DNA of 64,000 nt from Candidatus Poribacteria bacterium (GCA_965237835.1 OZ250160.1:2530146-2594145), one strand, 5' to 3'; numbered from the stretch's first letter, positions 1 through 10,940 are shown. Made by a program: numbers and translations. Notes: generated by a model not told the origin, from the letters alone.

Positions 1-341
1 TCAAGAATGTCAGCGATGCGGGTGATGCCAGCATTGTTGATAAGGATATTCACTTTTCCGAATGCATCGTGGGCGGTTTCAAGCATCTTTTCGTGTGCGT
101 CTAAGTTACTGATGTCCGCTTGGATGATAACTGCTTTTCTACCAAGTGCTTCTACTTCACGCTGCACTGCTTCGGCGGCATCGCGATTCTGGTTGTAGTT
201 GATGAGGACATTGGCACCTTGACGTGCCAATTCAATAGCGATTGCCTGTCCAATACCTCGGCTGGACCCTGTTACAATTGCGGCACTATTTTCAAACGAA
301 ACCTCTGTTGCAAAGAAACCGGGGTCTGTGTGTGTTGACAT
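1..341 (-). CDS. Short-chain dehydrogenase/reductase (FabG-like), 3' end runs off the window
   Basis: Reverse-strand translation begins MSTHTDPGFFATEVSFENSAAIVTGSSRGIGQAIAIELARQGANV..., with the SDR TGxxxGIG cofactor motif. An AGGAG RBS sits upstream of the ATG at 339-341. Confidence 0.8.
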   Translation of the reverse strand, partial: MSTHTDPGFFATEVSFENSAAIVTGSSRGIGQAIAIELARQGANVLINYNQNRDAAEAVQREVEALGRKAVIIQADISNLDAHEKMLETAHDAFGKVNILINNAGITRIADIL

Positions 342-569
342 GTTGTTTTGCTCCTTTCAATAGGTAGCAATTTATACCCAATTAACCCGATTTGTAGCGC
401 GAGGTCCCCGACGAATACCGGACGCGTATTCGGCGTTGATTTGGTGTCTCGCAACGGTGTACTATATCAAAAGACTTCTAATCAAGTTGATTTGGTATTA
501 GGTTAAAGCAAATAACTATAGGCTTTTGGAAAGGATACCATTTTTCCACATATATCGCAACATTCCTCA

Positions 570-845
570 CTCTACATGCAGGGCTATTTAGTTCTCCGAA
601 TATTTAGATTTTCAATCTAAGACTTTCCGCTGTAGGAGCGATCTCCGAATCGCGACTTTTCGGATAAAATGGACAAAATGCCTAAAACTAAATAGCCCTG
701 CTCTACATGCAGGGCTATTTAGTTCTCCGAATATTTAGATTTTCAATCTAAGACTTTCCGCTGTAGGAGCGATCTCCGAATCGCGACTTTTCGGATAAAA
801 TGGACAAAATGCCTAAAACTAAATAGCCCTGACTCTACATGAAAC
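570..845. mobile_element. Two tandem copies of a ~122-bp MITE-like element (family 1), each flanked by the direct repeat CTCTACATG
   Basis: Unit cagggctatttagtt...aactaaatagccctg with 15-bp terminal inverted repeats, repeated twice. The same element recurs at 34589-34710 and 48234-48355. Confidence 0.7.
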
Positions 846-906
846 TAACAGAAATTGTCCAAACTTTAGTATAATTAAAACACTATATTCACATAAGGAG
901 AGACAC

Positions 907-1665
907 ATGTATAAACATAATACTGTTATTACGACTCTTTGCATGCTGTTGGTATTCGGCATGTTTGTAGGTTTTAGCGATGCTCAGATTGATCCTGAGA
1001 AGATCGTTGGCATCTGGTTACTTGACGAAAACAAAGGCGATGTTGCTGAAGATGCATCGGGAAACGGGTATGATGGGACAATTACCCAATCAGATTGGGT
1101 TGATGGGGAAGTTGATGGCGCGCTTGATATTAAGAAGGGCGGTACTGTTACGATTCCGTTCGGTAAAGGAGTCGTGACTGATAAAATGAGTTTCATTTTA
1201 TGGATTCAATTTACGGATATATCGGGACAGCAAAACTACTTCTCTATACATGATCAGAGCAGCAACCGCTATGTTCCATATAAAGAGGGACCAAATGTGC
1301 TACGTAGTTGGACAAATAATTGGAATGTTAGCAGTGGTGTCACCGTTAAGGCAGGGACTTGGTATCACGTAGCGAACACCTATGACGGTAACACTGCCAA
1401 GATTTATGTCAACGGCGAAGAAAAGGTTTCACAATCGGTGGCGAAGTTTCAACTCGTAGAAGAGGATCAAACAGCATGGCTTGCCACTGACAAAGGAGCC
1501 AGTTTTCAGTCTGCTTGTATCATGGACGATGTCGGTCTCTTCAACGATGCACTCACTAAAGAAGAGATTAATAACATCATGAATAACGGCATCTACCATA
1601 CTACTTTTGCAGTGGAACCTATAAGTAAACTGCCAATACTTTGGGGGAATCTGAAGAAGCCGTAA
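907..1665 (+). CDS. Secreted LamG/concanavalin-A-like lectin domain protein
   Basis: N-terminal signal peptide. GTWYHVANTYDGNTAKIYVNGEE is the hallmark of Laminin_G_3-type domains. Confidence 0.6.
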   Translation: MYKHNTVITTLCMLLVFGMFVGFSDAQIDPEKIVGIWLLDENKGDVAEDASGNGYDGTITQSDWVDGEVDGALDIKKGGTVTIPFGKGVVTDKMSFILWIQFTDISGQQNYFSIHDQSSNRYVPYKEGPNVLRSWTNNWNVSSGVTVKAGTWYHVANTYDGNTAKIYVNGEEKVSQSVAKFQLVEEDQTAWLATDKGASFQSACIMDDVGLFNDALTKEEINNIMNNGIYHTTFAVEPISKLPILWGNLKKP

Positions 1666-2050
1666 AAATATATTGCCTGTATAAGAAATCTCAATACTTC
1701 TACTCATGTATTGATTCATATCGCGAAAAACAGATTGACATTTGCCGAAAAATCTGTTAAAATTCACTACACAAAAACAGATGATACTAAATTAACTTGA
1801 TATTCTGCTATAGTGAGTATACCGAGGCACAGAGACCTCACAATACAAATCAGGTTAATATATAACAGTACCTATCCATTTCTTTTGATTTACTGAGTTT
1901 GTAGTCCTGCAGTTAATTGTGTAAAATTTATCTTACTACTGTAGAATATTGAAACCAACTATGTGTAAAAGTGTATAAATAAATAATTATTGATTTTGCC
2001 ATAGTTAAAAATAAATTTAACCTAATAAAAATAATTTAAAGGGTAATCTG

Positions 2051-3397
2051 ATGATTAAAAATAGAAATCTCTACGTTGTATTGCTCGTTTTCGTTGTCAT
2101 TCTTAGTTCGTGTGCGTCGTCAAAGAACCAACCGATCCAACCAAACCAACCAAGCGATTTTGAAATATTAAGTTCTTTTGAAAACGCAATTGCTAATATC
2201 GTGGATCAGAGTACGCCTGCTGTTGTCAGTCTTTCCGTTAGAAAAGAAGAGCAAAAGGGTGACAAAACTATTGATAAGTCAAGTGCTGGCTCCGGTTTTA
2301 TTATTCGGAAAGATGGCTACATCTTAACCAATGAACACGTCGTGGCTGGAGCAAAAAGCATTACGGTGAGGTTGTTTGATGGTAGCACGCATGATGCAAA
2401 AGTGGTCGGAGCTGATAAAAACACTGACATTGCGGTTATAAAAATTGAACGAAAGGAAGAATTTCCAGTTCTCACTATGGCAGATTCGGAGAAAATTCGA
2501 ATAGGACAATTTGCAATTGCTATCGGTGATCCGTTACGATTTAGGTATACTGTGACAGCAGGTATTGTCGGTGGTAAAGGACGTTGTTTTCACCCGGAAT
2601 CAGAACTCTTTCAATATCATAATAATTACATCCAAACGGATGCTTGGATTAACCCAGGCAGTAGTGGTGGTCCCTTGCTGAATATCCAAGGTGAGGTAAT
2701 TGGTATCAATTCCTTAAACCCGGGAGAAGGATCAACCTTAGCTATTAATTGCGGTCTGGCTAAAACAATTGGGGAACAACTGATTACGCATGGCAGAGTT
2801 ATTCGTGGCTACATTGATGCTGATATGCAAAGTATTTCACAAGGTATTAGAATTAGAAGAGTAAAACCAGATACGTTTGCATTCCAGTGCGGTTTAAAAC
2901 GCAATGACATCATCGTTGAATTTGATGGAGAAAAGGTGCCATCACTCACTGAATTCGAAATGAACATTATGGAATGCCAGATCGGTAAACAATATGGCGT
3001 TAAGGTACTACGGCAAGAACAGGAAATCGTACTCAATGTTACTATTGATGAGATGCCACTTAAATTGGTGGGACGTTCTGTCAAAACCGAGTCTATTTCT
3101 TGGAAAACGCTTGGGTTAGCCGTACGAAAGTTGGAAGATGGCAATTATCAAAGATATGCCTACCTCACTAGTGAAGATAGCGGCATTATCGTTGAAAAGG
3201 TTAAAAAAGGTTCGCCTGGGTTCAACGCAAAAATTCCGCGTGGCGCGCTCATCGTTGGAATCAATGGTCAAGAAATCACCGACGTTAAAAATCTTGAAAC
3301 ATTTCTTCAGTCTGAACAAGATGGATCAGAAATGATTCTTGATATTAAAAGTATCAATGGCATAGAAAAAGTAACGGTCAAGTTAAAAAGCAGCTAA
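2051..3397 (+). CDS. HtrA/DegP-family serine protease with PDZ domain(s), lipoprotein-type signal
   Basis: Catalytic triad contexts ILTNEHVV (His), DIAVIKI (Asp), GSSGGPLL (Ser). Signal ends LSSCASS. C-terminal PDZ-like region. Confidence 0.85.
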   Translation: MIKNRNLYVVLLVFVVILSSCASSKNQPIQPNQPSDFEILSSFENAIANIVDQSTPAVVSLSVRKEEQKGDKTIDKSSAGSGFIIRKDGYILTNEHVVAGAKSITVRLFDGSTHDAKVVGADKNTDIAVIKIERKEEFPVLTMADSEKIRIGQFAIAIGDPLRFRYTVTAGIVGGKGRCFHPESELFQYHNNYIQTDAWINPGSSGGPLLNIQGEVIGINSLNPGEGSTLAINCGLAKTIGEQLITHGRVIRGYIDADMQSISQGIRIRRVKPDTFAFQCGLKRNDIIVEFDGEKVPSLTEFEMNIMECQIGKQYGVKVLRQEQEIVLNVTIDEMPLKLVGRSVKTESISWKTLGLAVRKLEDGNYQRYAYLTSEDSGIIVEKVKKGSPGFNAKIPRGALIVGINGQEITDVKNLETFLQSEQDGSEMILDIKSINGIEKVTVKLKSS

Positions 3398-3600
3398 CTG
3401 AAAATCAAATGTGGAGATATATTTCGCACACCTGACGTGAGTTTGAATTAGGATTCAATTGTAGGTTGGACCGCGCGGTAAAGACAACGCAACTACTGTG
3501 GATGTGATAAATTGTTGGTTTTCACTCCGTTCAACCTAACCTACAACTTTACGCAAACTTACCTTATTCTTAATGTAGGTTTTCTAAAAAGGATTATTAT

Positions 3601-4932
3601 ATGAAAAAAAAGTATAACTGTTACTGTGTTCTACTCCTTTTTGTTGTAATTTTCTCTTCGTGCGCCTTCCGAACCGAGCAACCGACTAATTTGGATATGT
3701 TAAGTGCTGTTGAAAACGCATTCGTTGATATAGCAACCAATAGTAAGCCTGCAATAGTCGGTGTTTTGGCATTAAATTCAGATAGAGGACAAAGTCGGTG
3801 GGGGTCTGGGTTCTTTTTTAAAGAAGATGGCTACATTTTAACAAATGACCATATCGTCCACGGGGGTGAACGTTTCAGGGTCAGGTTGTTAGATGGGAGC
3901 GAACTTGAGGCTAAATTGGTTGGAACGGATATTGTCACAGATGTTGGTGTTCTAAAGGTTGAGAGTGAGCAGAAGTTTCCATTTCTCCCGTTAGCCGATT
4001 CTGAGAAGGTGCGGGTAGGGCAGTTTGCTATTGCCATCGGTAATCCTTTTCGACTTGAATATACTGTAACTACTGGGGTTGTGAGCGGTACAGGACGTTC
4101 TGTTCTTGGTGGATTGCGCTTTATTCGGTACCAAAACTTCATTCAGACAGATGCGTGGATAAATACCGGTAGCAGCGGGGGGCCTCTGCTAAATATATAT
4201 GGAGAAGTGATCGGTATCAACGCCTTAATTCGGAAGATTGAAGATACACCTGATCCAGTGAAGGCGGGGGCTGGATTTGCGATCCCCAGCAACCTTGTTG
4301 ATAATATTGGTAGTCAACTGATTGCAAACGGCAAAGTTATCCGTGGTTATCTTGGTATTAGGATGGAGGAGGTAGCAAACGGCATACGCATCGAAAGAGT
4401 GGGAATAGACACACCTGCGGACCATGCAGGTTTAGAGAGGCGTGACGTTATCATTGAATACAATGGGAAGAAGGTACAAAAATCACTTGAATTCCAGATG
4501 CTCATTGCGGAATCACAGGTTGGTAAAGAATCTGTCATCAAGGTATTGCGGCATGGGCAAGAAAGAACTTTCAGTGTGACAATTGTTGAGATGCCATCGG
4601 AATTGGTAGGGATACCAATTGAAGATGAATCTGTTTCATGGAAAACACTTGGATTAGCAGTACGTAAGTTAGAAAGGTATGATTTTCAAAGATATCATTA
4701 CCTAACAGATGAAGATCGTGGTGTTATCGTTGAAAGGGTTAAGGATAACGCGCCAGGATTCAAGGCGAAAATTCCCCAAGGCGCGCTTATCGTTGCTATT
4801 AATGGGAAAGAAATCTCTGATGTTCAAACCTTTGAGGCACTGCTTCAGGCTGAACGAGATGCAGTGGAACTTATGGTCGAGATTAAGAGTAGTCACGGCA
4901 CAGAAACATTGAAAGTGCTTTTAGAGAAATAA
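3601..4932 (+). CDS. Second HtrA/DegP-family serine protease paralog (lipoprotein-type signal)
   Basis: ILTNDHIV, DVGVLKV, GSSGGPLL. Signal FSSCAF. PDZ-like C-terminus. Confidence 0.85.
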   Translation: MKKKYNCYCVLLLFVVIFSSCAFRTEQPTNLDMLSAVENAFVDIATNSKPAIVGVLALNSDRGQSRWGSGFFFKEDGYILTNDHIVHGGERFRVRLLDGSELEAKLVGTDIVTDVGVLKVESEQKFPFLPLADSEKVRVGQFAIAIGNPFRLEYTVTTGVVSGTGRSVLGGLRFIRYQNFIQTDAWINTGSSGGPLLNIYGEVIGINALIRKIEDTPDPVKAGAGFAIPSNLVDNIGSQLIANGKVIRGYLGIRMEEVANGIRIERVGIDTPADHAGLERRDVIIEYNGKKVQKSLEFQMLIAESQVGKESVIKVLRHGQERTFSVTIVEMPSELVGIPIEDESVSWKTLGLAVRKLERYDFQRYHYLTDEDRGVIVERVKDNAPGFKAKIPQGALIVAINGKEISDVQTFEALLQAERDAVELMVEIKSSHGTETLKVLLEK

Positions 4933-4997
4933 TGGCTGTATAAGTGAGTTTTCTACATAGATTATCCTCTTTTAATTGAAAGTGGATACTGACAACG

Positions 4998-6995
4998 ATG
5001 GAATCGAAACACATGACACAAACACCAAAAACTCTGACCCTTAAAGATATTTTTTGTCCGGGGGGTATCATCTCGGAACATCTTTCGGGTTATGAATATC
5101 GTGAAGAACAACTTCAGATGGCGAACGCGGTTGCTCGTGCATTCGCTGCATCTGAACATCTGATTGTTGAAGCAGGAACAGGGGTTGGCAAAAGTTTCGC
5201 ATATCTTATTCCGGCGATTTCATTTGCGATAAAGTCAGGTCAGACAGTCGTAGTCTCAACGAATACTATCAGTTTGCAGGAACAACTCGTTACCAAAGAT
5301 ATTCCATTTCTGCAACGCGTCCTCCCGCGTGATTTCAAGGCAGTTCTTGGGAAAGGGAGACGTAACTATCTCTCACGGCGACGATTGGAGAGTTTGTTAA
5401 CTTATGAACGTGGGTTATTTGACACGATGGAAGAGGTTGATCAGGTCAAAACGATTGTTGAGTGGGTGGAGATGACAGAGGATGGGAGCCGTGCGGATTT
5501 ACCGATTCAACCGAAGTCTCATATTTGGGATAAAGTGGTATCCGACCGCGATAATTGCCTTGGGCGCAAATGTCCCACCTATGATGCCTGTTTTTACTTC
5601 AGGGCGCGGCACGAGATGCACGAAGCGAACCTACTTATTGTTAACCATCACCTCCTTTTTAGTGACTTGGCGATTCGGCAGATAGACCCATCGGTAGGGA
5701 TTCTCCCTGACTACGACTACTTAGTTATTGATGAGGCACATCATCTGGAAGCCACTGCAACACATCATACCAGCCTTGAAATCAGCAACACCCGAGTCAA
5801 ATGGTTCTTAGATTCACTTCACAACGAGAGAAACGAAAGTGGGGCTGCCGCACGATTCAACTCAACAGATCTTATTGATGAAGTTGATAAAGCACGTGAA
5901 CAAGCAAACCTGTTTTTCAAGACTGTTGGAGATCATTTGGCAAACGCAGATGGATATACCACGACAGAACGAATTGATGAAAATAATATAGCCAAGGTTT
6001 TTGAGGATGGAAATATGTTGGAGACTCCTTTGTCACATATTGAAAAGACTCTTAAGGGACTACGCGAGAATGCCGAAACCGATGACGATGAGCAGGAATT
6101 GACTTCATACTACAACCAGTGCAGGCGGTTGAGAGATGAATTGGACTTAATGGTTCGGCAACCCGATCCGGATTATATCTATTGGGTAGAAACGTCCGCG
6201 TGGGGTCGAACGCCTCGCATCCTTCTAAATGCTACACCTGTAAATGTTAGTCAGATGTTACAAGAAAATCTATTTGATGCGAAAGAAAGTGTTGTGATGA
6301 CAAGTGCAACACTTTCTACGAACCATAGTTTCGAGTACTTTAAAAAACGGATTGGTATTAATGAGTGCCGGGAACTACTTGTGAACTCGCCATTTAACTT
6401 TAAAGAGCAGGTAAAAATACATATTCCGCCTTCTATGCCGGATCCAAATAGTATTGAGTTTGTCCCCGCTGCCATTCGCGAAATCAAACATTATCTCAAA
6501 ATGACACACGGTAAAGCTTTTGTCCTATTTACCAGTTACAAGATGATGGATGAGGTATATGAGGAAGTTGCCCCTTACCTCGCTGAAATAGGCATTGATG
6601 CGTTCAAACAAGGTGGCGAACTTTCACGGACAGATATGCTGCAGGCGTTTCGGGAGGATACAAATTCAGTACTGTTTGGCACTTCCAGTTTCTGGGAAGG
6701 TGTTGATGTACGCGGTGAAGCACTGAGTAATGTGGTTATTACAAAACTTCCGTTCGAAGTGCCGACACATCCAGTCATAGCGGCACGTGTCAAACAGATT
6801 AAAGATCAAGGGGGAAATGAGTTCTTGGAATTTAGTTTGCCTGAAGCCATACTACGTCTCAAACAAGGGTTCGGACGACTTATCCGCACGCAAAAAGATC
6901 AAGGTATTGTGGTAATTCTGGATTCACGTATTAGAACACGCAGTTATGGTAAACTATTTTTAAATTCTCTCCCACCTTGCGATATTGTTGCCTGA
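4998..6995 (+). CDS. dinG: ATP-dependent DNA helicase, DinG/XPD (Rad3-like) family
   Basis: Walker A EAGTGVGKS, DEAH box DEAHHLE, four-Cys FeS cluster segment NCLGRKCPTYDAC, C-terminal helicase domain. Confidence 0.75.
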   Translation: MESKHMTQTPKTLTLKDIFCPGGIISEHLSGYEYREEQLQMANAVARAFAASEHLIVEAGTGVGKSFAYLIPAISFAIKSGQTVVVSTNTISLQEQLVTKDIPFLQRVLPRDFKAVLGKGRRNYLSRRRLESLLTYERGLFDTMEEVDQVKTIVEWVEMTEDGSRADLPIQPKSHIWDKVVSDRDNCLGRKCPTYDACFYFRARHEMHEANLLIVNHHLLFSDLAIRQIDPSVGILPDYDYLVIDEAHHLEATATHHTSLEISNTRVKWFLDSLHNERNESGAAARFNSTDLIDEVDKAREQANLFFKTVGDHLANADGYTTTERIDENNIAKVFEDGNMLETPLSHIEKTLKGLRENAETDDDEQELTSYYNQCRRLRDELDLMVRQPDPDYIYWVETSAWGRTPRILLNATPVNVSQMLQENLFDAKESVVMTSATLSTNHSFEYFKKRIGINECRELLVNSPFNFKEQVKIHIPPSMPDPNSIEFVPAAIREIKHYLKMTHGKAFVLFTSYKMMDEVYEEVAPYLAEIGIDAFKQGGELSRTDMLQAFREDTNSVLFGTSSFWEGVDVRGEALSNVVITKLPFEVPTHPVIAARVKQIKDQGGNEFLEFSLPEAILRLKQGFGRLIRTQKDQGIVVILDSRIRTRSYGKLFLNSLPPCDIVA

Positions 6996-7037
6996 TTTCA
7001 GTATGCCAGTTTTGTAAATCAGTTCCATATTAAAAGA

Positions 7038-7080
7038 AAAGAGGTTCAATGTGATTATCCACACTGAACCTCTTTTCTTT
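7038..7080. terminator. Bidirectional rho-independent terminator between convergent dinG and the methyltransferase
   Basis: Hairpin aagaggttca...tgaacctctt flanked by T-runs and A-runs. Confidence 0.5.
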
Positions 7081-7339
7081 TATAGTAATACCCAATTAAC
7101 TTGATCCCACTCGGTAGGTGCGGTTTCCCAACCGTACCGGAACTTATCAAATAGACGTCCGGTAACCAGTCGCAAAAAAACACGGGGTGCTTTTCTAACC
7201 GCACCTACCGGACCTGGAGGATCCCTAAATTGACGCATAAGGTGCGGTTAGGAAACCGCACCTACCACAGTGTCCAAGTAATTAACACGCGAATTTGACG
7301 GACTCATGTTGACTCAAAGGGCGAAATGTTTATAGCCGC

Positions 7340-8290
7340 TTATAATGGCAAACGAAGTTGATCGGTATACTGTCTGATCCGTTCGTTTGCCAGTTCAATA
7401 TATTTCTCCTCAATATCATAACCAATATAGTGCCTACCAGATTTTACAGCACTCAAACAGGTCGTTCCACTCCCACAAAATGGATCCAAGACAACATCCC
7501 CTACGTAAGTATAGAGTTGAATTAAGCGATGCGGTAGCTCTTCAGGAAACGGAGCAGGATGCCCGATACGTTTCGCAGAAACAGAAGGAAATGTCCAGAC
7601 GCTTTTTGTCCACGCTAAGAAATCTTCTTTGCGAATAGAATTTTCCTTACCATTGCGTTTCCGAGAAAAGGAATCTTTAGAAAAAACGAGGATATATTCG
7701 TGAACATCTCTCAACACAGGGTTCGCCGCCGATAACCAACTTCCCCATGCCGTAGAACTCCCCGCACTTGCGGCTTTGTCCCAGATGATCTCACCACGCA
7801 TGTAGTAGCCTATATCTAACATATCTTCTATGATGTAACTATGCAACGGGATATACGGTTTTCGCCCTAAATTAGCGATATTAATACACGCCCTGCCACC
7901 AGTCACCAGTTTTTTATAGGTTTCAGCAAACACGGATCGGAGAAGTTCCCTATACCCATCCAGTGACAAATCATCGTCGTACTCCTTTTTCGCATTGTAA
8001 GGTGGTGAGGTAACCATCAGATGGATGCTTGCATCGGGGATAGTAGACATCTCCTCGCTGGAGACACAATAGAGTTGGTCAAGACTTTCAGGTGGAATAG
8101 CATTTTCTATCCAATTATCAGGTTCTGGTATCTCCTGCTCTGCGTAGAGTTTCCCTTTATAAAATTCACTGGAGTCATGGTTGATTCTTCCGGGTGTTCC
8201 GAACGCGCTTGTCTGGGTGCCCTGCTTTTGAGATTCCGAGTTTGATTTACCCATACTTTCTATGTGCCTCAATATCGATCCGGATACCAA
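7340..8290 (-). CDS. Beta-class DNA methyltransferase (N4-cytosine/N6-adenine; the SPPY motif suggests N4C)
   Basis: Motif IV VTSPPYN precedes motif I DPFCGSGTT (circularly permuted beta-class order, PF01555-like). Confidence 0.8.
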   Translation of the reverse strand: MVSGSILRHIESMGKSNSESQKQGTQTSAFGTPGRINHDSSEFYKGKLYAEQEIPEPDNWIENAIPPESLDQLYCVSSEEMSTIPDASIHLMVTSPPYNAKKEYDDDLSLDGYRELLRSVFAETYKKLVTGGRACINIANLGRKPYIPLHSYIIEDMLDIGYYMRGEIIWDKAASAGSSTAWGSWLSAANPVLRDVHEYILVFSKDSFSRKRNGKENSIRKEDFLAWTKSVWTFPSVSAKRIGHPAPFPEELPHRLIQLYTYVGDVVLDPFCGSGTTCLSAVKSGRHYIGYDIEEKYIELANERIRQYTDQLRLPL

Positions 8291-9480
8291 AAAATTACAT
8301 CACGTTTCGGAAACAACGCCCCTAAAAATGCCGAAACCTCCGCAGAAACCGAAGCATCCGAATTGACCTGATTCCACCCTATTGCCCCGAACAGCAGTTG
8401 CCAAAAATCCTCTTCGCTTATATCCAAGCTAACCGCATCCGATGCGTCATCCACGATTTGGATCGTGTCATTACCATTGTAACGCAACACTGCCTGTTGG
8501 TTGTTGACAATCGGAAATTTTACTGCGATTTGCGGGAACGATTCATCGGAAGCAGCAATTTGCGATTCCCACCCTACCACGAGACGACGCAAAAGCACAG
8601 ATAGACGGATGGCATAGAGCATCATTGCTGTATCTGTTATGAAACTAATCTCACTGTTGGACGTTGCTATGAGCCGTTGGACAAACGGATGTTGGGGTGA
8701 GAACATCCCATTGATCTCTTCAACTTGTGCTGCTTCACACCCCTGCAAAAGGTGGTAGACAAGCGCGTCCAAAACATCTAGATTATCGGATAGATGACCT
8801 ACTTCACGCACATCCGCACACTTTCCATCTATCTGATAGTTCAGATAGCCACTAATGTTCCGATCTTGATGTCCGATAACAGTTGGAAGAATGCCACGGA
8901 TGCGCGAGGGTTCCATATCCCAATAAGCACGGGTGCGAGAAACGGTTCCACTTTGTTGTCTGTTAGCAATGTCGTGTATTGATGCCACAGCATCTAAATC
9001 CGTTTCTGAGTTGAAATCTCTAATCTGCCAGTCTGACGGTTTTTCAACTGTCATAACCGAGTTAAACTTTGCTGTGAAGCCGTGTAGCGGAAATGCTGTC
9101 CACCCGAATTTGTGGTAAAATTCCTCCGGAATGATGGTAAACAACACACCGAGGTCACATCCTGTTGTTTTTAGATACCCGATTGCCTGTTGCATGAGTG
9201 CAGATGCATAACCCACCCCACGATATTTGGAATGTGTGCAGACACCACCGATACCACCCATCGTTACGAGGGACGCACCAATCCTTATCCTGCGTTCCCA
9301 CACACGTAACGTCGAAACAACCCGATCATTCACAACAACCACACGGGTTTGTGAGAGTCTGTAACTACTATCACCTCGGACATATTGCCAATAGCGTTCA
9401 TGTTGGTTCGGATTGAACGCCATGCAGTTGAGTTCAACAACTTGTTCTAATTCTGATTCCTGAGCTGCTCTAATTTCCAT
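8269..9480 (-). CDS. GNAT family N-acetyltransferase, Eis-like (GNAT plus C-terminal SCP2-like region)
   Basis: GNAT acetyl-CoA site RGVGYASALMQQAI. About 400 aa, the usual length of Eis-type proteins. Confidence 0.55.
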   Translation of the reverse strand: MEIRAAQESELEQVVELNCMAFNPNQHERYWQYVRGDSSYRLSQTRVVVVNDRVVSTLRVWERRIRIGASLVTMGGIGGVCTHSKYRGVGYASALMQQAIGYLKTTGCDLGVLFTIIPEEFYHKFGWTAFPLHGFTAKFNSVMTVEKPSDWQIRDFNSETDLDAVASIHDIANRQQSGTVSRTRAYWDMEPSRIRGILPTVIGHQDRNISGYLNYQIDGKCADVREVGHLSDNLDVLDALVYHLLQGCEAAQVEEINGMFSPQHPFVQRLIATSNSEISFITDTAMMLYAIRLSVLLRRLVVGWESQIAASDESFPQIAVKFPIVNNQQAVLRYNGNDTIQIVDDASDAVSLDISEEDFWQLLFGAIGWNQVNSDASVSAEVSAFLGALFPKRDVIFWYPDRY

Positions 9481-9499
9481 TTATGTGTCCTAACAAAAG

Positions 9500-10636
9500 T
9501 TACTGCATAGTGAAGATAACGCCTAAAGCTTCATTTGGAGTTTGAATTAATTTTTCGCATGCGTCTGCGGCTTGATCAATTGGCACAATATCTGTAATCA
9601 ACGGCTGCACCTTAATCTTACCGTCCGATATCAATCGTAACGCCAGTTCTAAGTTGCGTTGTGTTGGCCACGGCACAAACACCGGCGGATAATCTGCTCC
9701 GTGTTCATAATCCTCATCGTGGTATCCCGGTCCGGTTCTCGCCGCGCTGATAACATCCACATTCCCAAGTCCCGCCGCAAAACCGTGCGTAATACTTGCC
9801 CCGCCAACAATAACAATCCGTCCCATTTTGTGCGTGTCCGGTGCTGTTTTCAACATTGCGCAGATCTGTTGAAAAGCACTCGTAGCATCCCCACCAAAGG
9901 CGATAATCCCGCAATCCATCCCATATCCTCTGGTGAATTCCTTCGCAATCGGAATCGGGTCTGTTTCAGAGACGTTTATTGCCAAATCAATGCCCGCGTT
10001 TTCAGCAATTCCTATCCGCAAAGGCAGCTGATCTAAACCGATCACATACGCACCAGCAGTTTTGGCAACTTGACTCGCAAATTGTCCGAGGACACCTAAT
10101 CCTGCAATGACAACATTTTCGCCGATACGGATACGTCCGCGTTGCACAGCGTGCAATGCTGTCGCCGCAAGGTGAATGCATGCCGCTTCTTCAGCCTTGA
10201 CATTATCAGGAATCTTAGCGCATAAGTTATGCGGCACACAAGCATACGTAGCGTGCAGAGCATAACCACCGCCCATACCTGCAACCCTATCGCCAATCTC
10301 AAACTCGTCGCAATCTCCTTCTTTACCGATGACAACGCCGGCATTAGTATATCCGAACGAATGCTTCTGTGTTTCGGAACCTGGATTTTCGCGTCTTCGC
10401 TTTATACCACCAAGTTCTGTGCCGGGACTAACCATTGAAGCGTGAACTTCAATCAGTAACTGTCCGTGTTTCGGTGCAGGTGTTTCCTGCTCCTCTGTCA
10501 AGATGCGACCCGCATCATTTCTCATCACAACTTTTCTTGTTTTACTCATAAATGCTTCCTCAGATTCGTCATACAAACTCAATTTTCCTTTTATATTAGG
10601 ATTTACGCAATATCCATTTTTAGAGACGAGACTCAA
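9500..10636 (-). CDS. Zinc-type alcohol dehydrogenase-like / MDR superfamily oxidoreductase
   Basis: GroES-like N-domain followed by a Rossmann motif AGLGVLGQFASQVAKTAGAYVIG. Confidence 0.7.
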   Translation of the reverse strand: MSLVSKNGYCVNPNIKGKLSLYDESEEAFMSKTRKVVMRNDAGRILTEEQETPAPKHGQLLIEVHASMVSPGTELGGIKRRRENPGSETQKHSFGYTNAGVVIGKEGDCDEFEIGDRVAGMGGGYALHATYACVPHNLCAKIPDNVKAEEAACIHLAATALHAVQRGRIRIGENVVIAGLGVLGQFASQVAKTAGAYVIGLDQLPLRIGIAENAGIDLAINVSETDPIPIAKEFTRGYGMDCGIIAFGGDATSAFQQICAMLKTAPDTHKMGRIVIVGGASITHGFAAGLGNVDVISAARTGPGYHDEDYEHGADYPPVFVPWPTQRNLELALRLISDGKIKVQPLITDIVPIDQAADACEKLIQTPNEALGVIFTMQ

Positions 10637-10910
10637 TATTTTTCATACTATGCACCCTTTCCGACCTAATACTGTGTCTCTATATTGTGAAAGGTGCCAT
10701 ATACCACTGTTTGGTCAATTCATGTCGGACTTTTGCGTAAATCCTATTATATAAGGAGTTTCAACTCTGGCTGTATTTTATTCTATTTTCCATTTGTTGT
10801 CAAATCTACTATGGATATTCAGTATCGTTAGGGATATGTGTATTGGTTAAATTATCCATGTATATCGCCGTATAAATCAATATTATCAAAAAAATATACG
10901 ATTACATGTC

Positions 10911-10929
10911 GGAATTGTCCCCAAATCTA
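10911..10929 (+). promoter_or_regulatory. Conserved upstream motif cGGAATTGTCCC-N-AAATCTA (candidate ECF-type promoter or operator)
   Basis: The same motif occurs at 14799-14819, 19611-19629 and 24121-24140, each directly upstream of a cassette gene (sigma or TPR-X). Confidence 0.35.
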
Positions 10930-10940
10930 CGTCATTATCA

